Below are positions 41,901-54,300 of a DNA stretch of 64,000 nucleotides, piece by piece. Position 1 is the stretch's first letter; every line of letters starts with the position of its first letter. The position numbers were made by a program, and so were the translations under genes. The DNA is from Octopus sinensis. Its lineage: Eukaryota. The DNA lies in the NCBI RefSeq assembly GCF_006345805.1, contig NC_043019.1:2976001-3040000 (forward strand). Reading direction: 5' to 3'. The notes beneath the pieces are model-generated. The model saw only the letters and a program-made list of their open reading frames with translations, did no database searches and had not been told where the DNA came from.

Positions 41901-44900
41901 ATGCTTTGTTGGTGTGTGGTAAACACTGTGTTTACAATGAAAATGTATTTAATACACAGAGTTCTTACATTGTTTTAGAAGCTGCATCTTCTTTTATCAT
42001 TAACTTGAGAATTGCATTGTCAATTATTCAAATAACTGAATATTTGGTAATGTGATTCAAAATATTAACAACAATTTGGTGTATAGGTGCGTGTGTGTGT
42101 GTGTTTTCTCTGCAATTATTTGCTGTATAATGTTTATTCTCTCATATATCTACATTTACTACATTTTTTACTTTGTTTGAAAAGCAACCACATACAATTT
42201 TTATATAATTTGGGATATATTTGAAATTTCACAATCATCTTTGTTTTGCAGAATAAAACTATGACAAAGCTAGCAGTAACTAAAAACAACATAATTCAGT
42301 ATTTTTAGACAAGATTCTGTAAGTATTTGATTTTGATTTTGATTTTTCCAGTTTCAGCTCATGAGCTGTGGCCATGCTGGGGCACCGCCATTTGCTGGGG
42401 CACCGCCATTTGCTGGGGCACCGCCATATTGTATAAAATTAATAGTAAATAACTTACATAAAATTAATAGTAAATAACTTACATAACACAATTTGGAAGA
42501 ACACAATACATTTGGAAAGTAGTTTATACATGTGATAAGCATTATAATTTTAATTGCATGCAATGTGAACCATGTGGAAAGGTAGAAAATAACATTGAAT
42601 TTATCTCTATGGTTCAAGCTTGGAACTATGTCAAGCTGACAGTGGGATTAAGAAGTGATTTACTAATGTGAAAATTAATGTGATCATGATAATTTAAGCA
42701 GGAAAGTTATTAAAAAAAACTTTCTATCTATGACTTGCAAAATTAACAGGAATCTCAAGAATAAATGTGTATTAAATATTAATCAGCAATGAAATGTGTA
42801 TAACTCGGAAACAAAGACAATACCTGTAATTATCTTTTGTGATAACAGCAATTATTATATCATGTTGTTGTTGTTATAGTAGAGATACCGGAAGTTACAT
42901 GATCATTTAATTTGTTGCAATTACTTTCAAACAAAAGTGCAATGTATGAAGTACATTATCTTATAATTTTGTTGTTAACGATTTTGTCAAACTGGTATCT
43001 CATTAGAATTTTCAAGTAAAAAATTCATTATTAAATGTTATGTGATCTTTAAATTACTGAATTATTTCAAAATTGACTGAGATTTTAATTTTTCTATGAT
43101 TTCCTTGAATGATATATCCATCTTTTAAGCAAAATATAAAAAAAAGAAAATTATCTTACCATGAGTTTTGCCCTGATTTGACATTGTAGAAAATTTTTCC
43201 AACATGATTCAAATATGAATACCAAGCTGTCTTAGAAAAAATATTTTTCTGCCAATGTATATCAATTCTTAAATGTCTAGTAAATGTTAATGTAGTTTTA
43301 AAGTTATGGCACCTCATGCAACACTAAAAAACCATTAAATAAAGGGCTTGGATGATCTTGAATGTTGAGTAATAATTTATATTTAGTGCTACTTTGAAAT
43401 TGACAGCAAATGAAGAATAAAATGCACTTAGGATGGTACGAACAATTCTAAGTGAAAAGTTTGGCCATGTACTTAAAACTGGAATGGCTAAAATATTTTG
43501 GATTTGAATGAGTAGTTAAAGAGTAATTATTGAACTGGTAACTAAGAGCGAATTATATAAGTTTGACTGTATCATAAAACTATGAAACAATCTGTAATAT
43601 ATAAATCAAATTAATTTATATAGATACAATATTATATAAAGATAGCATAAAATTAAATCATATAGATATACTGAAAGTATGGGTAATGCATTTATTAGTA
43701 GATAAATAATTGTATGAATCTTAAAATGAAATAATTAATAGGTTTACAAAAAGACTGATAAACTCAGTTGAAGAAGCATTTAAAACATTTACTGATTCTT
43801 CTGATAATGACCTAAATTATTTGAAACTGTAGGGAAGTTCATATCTATTCTAAGACCTAGCTAACTATTTCATCAGAATATCATATAAAGTGAAATAAAA
43901 ATATATAGGACATGATATTTTTGATTCTTGGCAAAAGTTTATGATATTTATAACATCAATATGTCGGGGGAAAAGTTTTGAAATATGTATAATTAAGACC
44001 TTTGGAAACTATATCAACAAATGGAATAGCTTAGCCACACTTTACTTACAGTATATATATAATTTACTGCAAGCAGTTTGAGTGGCTTAAGTCAGCGCTA
44101 GAAGAAAAATGACCATCTTTGGTTTCAAGATGAAAGGTGTTCTTTCATCAGGATAATGCTCGGTCACCTACAGTTAAAATGATATTCCAAAGGCTGGAAC
44201 AGTTTGAATGAGAAACGATGCCCCACCCCACCATGTTCATTGGACATTGCTCCATCTGATTATCATTTATTCCATAGTCTTCAAAATCATTTGGACAGAA
44301 AAAATATAAATTCTGTAGATGAGGTAAGAACAGTACTGGAGGAGTATTTTTCATCACAGACAAGTGAATTTTCGAAGAGGGGCCTTGCAAGTCTACCAGA
44401 TAGGTGAAAGAGCAGTGTATAAAATGAAGGAGAGTATATTTTAGATTAAAAAAGAACTGTGATTAAAAAAATGCATTATTTATGGGAGATATATGTAGAT
44501 ATGTGTGCACACGCATATATAGCTACATGAATGCTCACACCCCTACAAATAAGGGGACTTCAATGAGTTCATATAACATGTTAGAAATGGAAGAATACAT
44601 TTGTAGTAGACTAGCGTATTTGCTGGTAAACACCAACAGGTAGTATTGCAGCTGATACCTATATATTCCAGTGGTTGTGATCCATTTCTTTCTCTCACTG
44701 CTAAGATGCCAAGAAGCACAGATCTCTCTCTCTCTCTGCCTCCACCAGGACAGCAGGCACAAGCTACACTGAAATGTTCTGACCACTTCTATTATTTCTC
44801 TGACTATATGTTGAGCAATGTATACTTGTTATTTACAAAATGCTTTGCTTAAGCTGTGTTAACTCCAGTATTTTCTATGAACTCTCTATGTGAGTATTGT

Positions 44901-47900
44901 ATATATTTTGACTGAGACACTGTAGCTCAATGTTTTCACTCACAACAATAGAAAAATGTGTTAATGTTAAAATGATGTTGCATTTCCTTATTGCATTCTT
45001 CACACAAAAATTACTGGTACATCTTATTTACACCAATCACTAAATGTTAAATTATACAGTATCTAATATCCAAAATGATGAAACTGTCATGGCTAAAATA
45101 TCTCCAACCTAAGCTCACTCAGTCATGGTTGTGAGAGCTAAATAACAACAACAAAACTAGTACATATAGTTGTAAAGAGGTGAGAGAGACTAAAGCTACT
45201 GTTACATGCCTGGATGTTGAGAAAACAGTATAGGTGGACTAAGTCTTTTAATTGTCATAAAGTTTCTTTGCAATAATATAAGTGAGTGAGCAAATGGATG
45301 AGTGATGAGACAATGATAAATAGCATTCTTCATAATAAGTGATTCGGTGAGACTAAATGATACTAATAGCATTTGGTGTTAAAATTATGCATATGAGCTG
45401 CAATTATGCAATGTTATATACCAATACAATGGAATATTATGATCAATTTATACTACATGAAAAGTAGTTTGAAATATTTGCAATAAATTATTGTGAAACT
45501 ATTGTGTGCTTAAACTATTTGTGATTTTTAATTGTCTTAATTTTGCCGTTAGAGTGCAGTGTTTCCCTAAGCATCCATATAAAACTAACTTTTCTACATG
45601 TTCCTATTTTAAACTTTCTTACCTGGAACTATTTTCTCAAGGATTTTATCCTTAAGAAATTCTATCTCATCAAGACTTTGCACAGTGAAAGCATTTTCTT
45701 TGGCAGGAGGGGAACAAATTTGAATCAACTCTCTTGAGTCACGTAGTTTAAAGCCAACGGCATAAACATGAATGTTAGCTGCATGAGTCAATCTAGCTTG
45801 AGGAACTGTCTGATAGTGTTCAATATTAGAAATACCATCCGTAATGACGACCGCAATATTTCGTGCATCAGGTCTATCTCCGTTCTCAGGTGTAAACATT
45901 TTATTGCGCAAAGTGCGAAACATATGAGCAGCATTTGTGCTGCCATATCTATAACGGATGTTATCAATTGCATCTAGCATTTCACTCTTGGAAAGGAAGT
46001 CATTGAGATAAAACTGAATATACATTCTTGTACTGTATAATGCCAAACCAATACGAACACTGCCATAATCAATGTCAGCTTCTGATACAAAATCTTTTAT
46101 GTAGTCAATAAATTTTTGGAAATTCCTTTGTCCGACACTTGTTGAAGAATCAACCAGGAAAATTAAGTCAGTAGGTATAGTCTTCTGAACACCTATTAAA
46201 AAGTTTAAAGAAACAGCTACATTTCCATTTCATGTATATACAAGTCTTTAAAAAATTATTTTTAAAGCTATTCAAGATTTCTATATAGAATGCTAATTCA
46301 GAGAAACAGATGTAAACAGAACTGATAATAATGACCCAAAACTTTGATGGAACATGTATTCATAATGAAGATGGGTGAAACTTTTAGCTATTCAATCCAG
46401 TTTGTTACAATCCATATTTATTCAGTAACTTTAAGAGAACTGTTTATGATATAAAAATGCTCTATCAATTAGTGGAACTAAATAAAATCTACTTAGTTTC
46501 AATTTATTTTGTTGGTATTTTTTATTATAAGAAGTCTATTTAATCTTCAGTCTTTCAATTTGATAATATTCATTTAAAATGTACAAACAGCTTTAGCTTG
46601 CTTGCCTTCATGATAATTTCTTTTAAGAAGACAAAATGTCAATGTTTGAATGTTATGAGTGTAACAGATTCATTATATAGAAATACTTAACTGCTGAATA
46701 ATGAAGAACAAATTTGTCTTTGGTCAGATTTGAATTCTGAGACAAGAGAGAAGTACTACAAGGAATTTTATCTGTTACTCTAATAATTCTGTCACCTTCA
46801 CATAATAATGATGATGATGATGATAATTTCTGACTTATGCACAAAGCCAACAATTTTGAGGAGAGGAATTAGTCAATACCAATGACATCAGTACTGGACT
46901 GGTGCTTTATTAATACTGCAGGGATGGAAAGTAGAGTTGACCTTGGCAGGAACTGAACATAGGAAGTAAAGCAGTCAGAAGAGATACTGATAAGCATGTT
47001 GCCTGATGCTTTAAAACTTTTGCCAATCCATTATATAAACGAAGAAATGTTTGCAAATGCTCAAAGGAGAGTAAAATTCTATACTAAAAGTTGAAGTATA
47101 AATAGACTGATGTAATTCAGAAGAGTTTTATATTGTTATAATAACTGATTTGTAAGTAGCTGGTTCTAAGTTTAAACATATTGAAATATTATTTTGTAAA
47201 ACAGAAATATACATCTTACCTTGAGGTGCAGCTGCAGGAATAATCACTGTCAAAATAAAGAAGGTAATATTGTTTCCATTCCATGTTAGTTATACATGAA
47301 AAATGCAGATATTAAGATATAAAGGTAATGGTGTAATGTTCATATACTTAGAAATTCCTCAAGAAATTAAGTAATTTATTTTCTGAATTATGCAATGCAC
47401 CACAAGCAGTATATTACTATATATATAGGCATTCGTTGATGAATAAATGCATTAATCTTTATTGTTATACAACGTTACCTTTTATGAATTCTAGAATCAA
47501 AGATAGATTTTTTTTTCTGTGCTCAATTTCGAACATTATTGCTTTAAAAACTAGATCTTTCTTTCTCTTTGGATGTGTCATACTATTTTCTTTGTATAAT
47601 GATCACAGTTTTACAGCTTCATATTTAAATTACATGTCCAGTAGACAAAAAGAGCTGTGCTGTCACTATCTACTGCAAAGTAAAAACATCTAAAGAAAAG
47701 CTGATATATATTTGCTTACTGCAATGTTAGTTGTAAGAAGTATACATTTCAATGATGTGAATAAATTATTACTTAATTTTAATCTGATTTTATAAGATGC
47801 CTTTGAGGTAGCTATTCTGAAGAGTTTCTAAGTATTTTTTTGAAAATGCCATGAATACTTTCATGTTATCTATTTTATAAATTACTATTTTATTTTTGAA

Positions 47901-50104
47901 TTCTTTTAAAATTCATAATAAATGTGAAACAAAGAAAACTAAAGAATGAAAAAATAATAGAGTATTCTCAATTCTCTTTTGAAATAATTATAATGTAAAA
48001 AGAGAGGCATGTATCAACTTTCTATCCAGTTTTTGAGATAGAAGTATATACAGAGCCTTTAAATCATAGCTTTTGCATCTGCAAGTTGTTTGCAAAAAAT
48101 TATTCTGTAAAAATAAATACTGTATTGTAGACAGAAGAGTGATTTTATCAAAGTACTATATCCATATAAATAACCTAATAAAAATAAACAGTAGACGATA
48201 AGGAATGCAATTCAATACCATACTGTACTTACACAATTTTCTAACATTTTTGTAAAACATCTAAAATAGTATTGCAACAAAAGTTAATAAGGAGTTCTCT
48301 TATTATTATCATTTGGTGGATAGTATACATAGTTAGGAAACAATTTTAAAATAGTCTAATATGTGTAACTTATAGCATGACAAACTTACCTGGACAAAGG
48401 TTTTTTAGTAATGTAGGTTTAATATCCAAGAGTTGACCAAACTTTGGTACAGTAATTCTGTTCTTGAGAATTGGATGAGTAGCAATTAAATCCAATTCGC
48501 GAGTGTCAGTCAGGCCAATTCCAATTGCATACATTTTTATTTCCTTATTTTTGGCATTCCTGACAGCACTTGGTAATCTGTAGGAATTCAGGTTTGATAA
48601 ACCATCAGTGAAGATAACAGCAATATTAGCAGCATTTTCTCTATCCCCATTTTGGCCATGAAACATATCTTCATGCATAATACGTATAGCTTCTGCCAGG
48701 TTAGCACTACCATGCCTATAAGGTATGCTGTCAACGGCAGCTAGCAATTCTTCTTTGTTGTTGTAATCGTTTAAATGAAAATGAATTCGGACATCATTGC
48801 TAAAAGAGAGGATACCAACTTGTATCCCTTCATTGTTAATAGGAACATCAGACAGAAAGGATTTCACAAATGAAAGTAAAATTCTGTAATTTGATCTTCC
48901 AACACTGGTTGACGAATCCAAAACAAAGACAAGGTCAAGTTGGGCATCGCTACAGTCTCCTACAGAGATGTTAATAAAGGCACACAATATAATAATAGCT
49001 TCATATAGACAATATTTACTAAAAACAACACAGTAAATACAAATAAAACTAATAAAAATATATCAGAAAGTTTCTATTTCTACATAAAGTTTTTGTAATA
49101 ATTTGTTTATGACTTTAGACAACATTACCAAAATCACTAATAAATATCTTGATTATACACACTCGCACATATGTGATTTTGATTTAGTTTGATTTAGGCA
49201 TTCTTTTGTGTTCTTTAGAAAAATACAGTACTCTAATGTATAAAGATATTAAGGAGACAACCCCAGTATACAATATGGCAGCTGGTCTTAGGAAGAACAG
49301 TAATGACATAGCTACTATAAGGATACTTAGTTACTTCAAAATGTGTACATTGGTGAAAAGGAGTATTACACCTACCAACATGAGAAAGTTGATTTGCCCA
49401 AGAAAAGATAGTTTAATGGACTGAGTGTAATACTTTACTATGTTTAAGTTGATTATTGAAATAGTGTATATATGGGGAGAAAAGGTGACACAGAACTGAA
49501 ACATGAATTCTGAGCTTCTGAATCAAAAACTGAAAAACAGATTCTAGTTCCACCCTTTCTTAGCCATTTCAGAATTATACACATAAAAACATATTTACAC
49601 ACTGTCTTACACACATTATGAAATTTGAGGATGTTTATAAATATATATACAATCAGTCTGACATCCAAAGAAAAACTTACTTTTGCACTTTGAAAATTCC
49701 CCTATGCCATTATTACTATTAACAACATTATCATTATCTATATCAACAATTATTATAACAATTATTAAGAATAACAACAATAACAACAACAATAATAATA
49801 ATAATGGGGTTGCTGTTGCTGTTGTTATAACTGTGGTATTCACTTTCCTGCATGACTTACCAAACTTTTCAAAAGCATATTTTGGGGCTGTATGTGTTGG
49901 TTCTGAAGAAAAAGATATTTTCATATTATTTTTTATTCAAATATAGCTTATTTAAATACAAGCCTGAAATAAAATTATATTGCTAACAATTCTCAAAAAA
50001 TAATCATGAATAAATTCATATTGAAATACTGACTTAACATCATCTGTAAAATATGAATAATCCACCCACCAACAAACAATTGCATGTGTCTGAGTTTGTG
50101 TGTG

Positions 50105-50150
<46 letters not shown>

Positions 50151-51240
50151 CATTATGTGTGTGCATGTAACACACAATAAAAAACATTGCTATATGAATT
50201 TCTTCAACACTCTCTAAATAATGTACAAAAATCTGCTTGTGTAGTTTCCTTCTTTCAATGTCATTGAAGACTATCTCTAATTCTCTCTCTCTATATATAT
50301 AGGCCTCTGATGTAGCAGACCCATTACTGGTTTTTTCCTTCCTGAAACACTGTAAATCTGTGTCTTTCTTTTAATGAAAGGGTGTGTTTTAAGAGAGATT
50401 TGGCTGCTATTTGTAGTAGCTCAAGTTACCACAGACACACCTTTGTGTGTGAGTATGTGTGTTTTGTTGTGGTGAAAAAAATACTTTTTCACAGAATATT
50501 TCACACAATAATTTCTTAAGAAATCTGGATATCTTTCTTACTGCTAACCATTCAATTTCAAATTACAATTGTTAATTGTTGGAAGTCAAGTAAACTGAGA
50601 TGTATATATAGTGTTATCGTAGAGAGTGGAAGTTCAATACAAAGTTTTGAACTCATTCTCTTGTGTTAGTAATCCATTACCTTTAATTCGAAGCTATGAA
50701 GTCTTTAAACATTATTTTACTGGGTATAGTCTTTCCCCTGTTGCCATGATGGGGTATCACCTTCAAAAATTCATTTGATCATACTGACCTCAGTACGTAT
50801 TTCAATCTGGCATTTATTTTATAGATCCCTATTTCATGAACTTCTAACTTTGAGATATAGTGGAACACAATACTTGATTTAACAACAAATGTAAACACAG
50901 ACACACACATATTAGGTGCTAGAATGACCGTGTGGTTGAGAGGTTTGCTTCCCAACCACATGGTTCTACCTTCAGTGCTTCTGCATGATATCTTAGGCAA
51001 GTGTTTTCTACTATAGCCCTAGACCAACTACAAACTTGTGATTGAATTTGGTAGGCAGAAACAGCAGTGTTGTTCATCAGAAAATGACTGCAAAACATGT
51101 TTATAAAGAAAAGTTGTGTGCTTCATACTCCTCGTGTGCCAATTCTGCCCATAAGACAGGAACAAATAATACAATGTGGCTGTAGGTCATAACACCTGGG
51201 CAATGCCAGGGTGCACTGCTAGTACGTATATACATATATG

Positions 51241-51305
<65 letters not shown>

Positions 51306-54300
51306 CTTTTCTTTGGCTTATGACTGAGTTCCATTCTGACTGAGAGGTTGTAAGCCGATTTGGTCGTATGCCAGATTAATTTTCATTCAAATGCAACCGA
51401 TGATTGATAGCAATGGGGTGAGAAACAGTGGCAAGCAGTGGATGCCTGCATTGCCAGATGCTGCCATAGTTATATAATACACAGCTGCCCAATGTCCAAA
51501 AATCGATTTATTTATTTATTCATTATTTCCTTATCTTTTATTGTTATAAGAGGTCATAAAAGAGTATATATATATATATGTGCATATATATATATATATT
51601 CACTGTGCAATGATGAGATTCAATTGTTAGATTAAGTGAATTACCTGTTCCTAAATGAATGTGAAAGTGACAGAATATTCCACAGATATATGTGCCCTAA
51701 ATGTGATTTCAGACAGTACCAACATGACACAGTATGTGACAAGGCTGTACCTTTTTGAACAATAGACACAATGAACCTACAGTCTTCTACACAGTTTCCA
51801 TATACCCAGTTTCATTCACAAACTTAAGGATGGATGCTATAGAAAATGACATTTGCTCAAAATGCTATATAAAGGATCAAATTGGAACCTCACAAGCGTG
51901 AAGCAAACTTTTTAACCATTCAGTCAATACACACATACTTAGTTATATTCATCAAAAGCAACAATAACTGAAAAAGGAAACTAAATGTGCAGATGTTTTA
52001 CCTCTACATTATTTAGAAAGAGTTGGATAAATAGATATAGTAATGGCTTTAATATATCTTTAAAGGGAATAATGGTAATTAAAATAGCTATGTTTAATAT
52101 GTGGCTAATAATAAAAATATTAAATGGTTTTGTTTTTCTGTTAATTTATATAATGTAATTAGATAACTTAAAAGATTAACAAAAGGAGAAACTAATTACA
52201 ATTAATATTAGATTGATGTTTAATTGAAAAATTACATTAAAAATAACCGATAACAAAAGTTGGGATAACTACAGTTTTTTATTTATTTTGTATTTAAATA
52301 TAATATCGAACAGTTTCATGAAAATTCTTATCATAATGATATCATAATATTACTATTTAGTTGAATTTGTTTAGGATACTTCTAAATTAACTTTATAACA
52401 TGATATTTTAAAAATGCAACAATGTAAATTAGAATTCAATAATTAAAAAAAAATTCCACTTATCACTTTTGGATATTTTTTTACCAAAATGAATTACAGA
52501 ATAAAATAAATTACTTTAATGTTTCTCCTTATAATTCAGCAAGCAATTTTTAATTAAATTAACATCACATTACATGAATATATAAGGCATTTTTTCACAT
52601 CACCATTAAGATAGAACAGAGTTTTTGCCTACCCTATTAAAAATAAGAAAATAAAATGTACTTTTCAATAAAACACATTAATAAAAATGTGTAATGTTCA
52701 CCCATAATATTTTATATATAAAACAATTTCTATTTATTACAAACTAAGGAAACCATCAGAAAAAATGCAAAACATCATTGAAAATATTGATGAATAAAAT
52801 GATGCTTTAATAATCAACAGGAGAAAGTTTTGTTAGTGAAGTTGTATGGCTTTCACTTTAGTTAAATTTATTTAAGATAGAATGTCTAAATTTAAATATT
52901 TGCTATAGGTATGTGAATTAGAAAATATATAATTTATGTTAGAAAATTTGCTAAAAGTGAATAAAATATTTAGTTCTTAAGTGTTTTTGTTGTCGGGTTT
53001 GATACATATGATTCAACAGAAGAAATACATGTTATCTATCTTACACTGAACGGAAAGAAGCATTAACAAGAATTCAAGTTTCAATCAGAAAATGCTAATG
53101 AACAGAAACACAAAAATACAAAGAAAACCAGTATTTATATAAAATATTACAAGGAATATTTACTTTCTCAACAGAGGCCTACATCAAAATCATCCCACAA
53201 AAATCTGATTAATGAAGAAATTAATGTTATGAATTTGTTTATATCCAATACAATCTCACAGTATAATTTTAGAATGAAATGCTCAATGAACTATATGCAA
53301 ATGTGAAACATCAATAAATTAAATGAGCATTGCATTCTATTCAGATGGTTTGAGGAAAACATCTTTTAAACATTTTAGGTTTGACTCACCAATGTCAAAG
53401 GCAAAGATGTGAATTCCTTCTTTCTGAGCAAGATCAAATTCTACATCAATCACATCTGAATTAGTTGAGTGGGACTGATTATTGAGTAGTAAAAGAGCAA
53501 AATTAGGGGCATCAGCTCGATCACCAAATCTTTCAGAGAAAACCTGATTTCGCATAATTTTCAAACTCTCTGCTAAGTTTGATCTGCCCTGTTTATATGA
53601 TGTAACTTCAAGAGCATCAAGAACCTCATGCTTTGTACTAAATTGGTTCAGATAGAATCTAACGTAATTCTTCTGATTAGATATAATCAACCCAACTCGA
53701 ACATCCCCATGGTCAATATTGGCACCAGAGACATAGTCTTTAATAAATGCAAGAGTTTTTCTAAATTCCTTTTTATTACTAATACTGGCAGAATCCACCA
53801 AGAAGACAACATCTGACTTTCCATTATTGTTGATGCCTATGAGAAATAGTGCAGATAAAATTGTATTACAAATCAAAATACAAACATACATTTTGAAAAG
53901 AATCCCTACATTGTAAACCTAAAAGTTTAAATAAGAAAAATTATACACAAGCAATATAAGGAATGGTTAAAAAGTTTAAAGTAGGTGTAACCATGAGGAA
54001 TAGAGAATAAAGAACTAAAATTACATAAAATTAGCCTTAAAACTGGCTGTTTATTTCAATTTGTTCAATAGTTTCTTCTTGAAAGATCAATCCTTCCACT
54101 AAGCTGATCTGGTACCTAATACAGTGGTTCTCATAGCCATTGAATGTTTAAAAAATCCTACTATATTTTTATAGTTAAATATTATTAGGAATTGTATGCA
54201 AAATGTTGTCAAAATATTTTGAGTATTGCACATAAGTTTTAACAAAATTTTATATGAAGTCCCTCCTGCAAGGGCCACATGGACCCCAGTTGGGAACCAT

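Noticed and set aside
42375-42482. CRISPR-like or coding (GGAPAN)3 repeat
   Set aside because: Contiguous tandem repeats without spacers, derived from a SINE tail; eukaryotic context.
43160-43172. G|GTAAGA donor with nearby AG
   Set aside because: 13 nt (or 67 nt with the next AG), frame-breaking, no pyrimidine tract.
16038-53816. Plus-strand and shifted-frame ORFs overlapping VWA exons (e.g. 16038, 17910, 20884, 23816, 27883, 32840, 45768, 53628)
   Set aside because: Antisense or alternative-frame shadows of real coding exons; no independent protein signature.
8055-53891. Reading the VWA ORFs as ten separate single-exon genes
   Set aside because: ORF starts fall inside the domain or in intron sequence, there are no signal peptides, and homology starts and stops exactly at phase-1 AG/GT sites.
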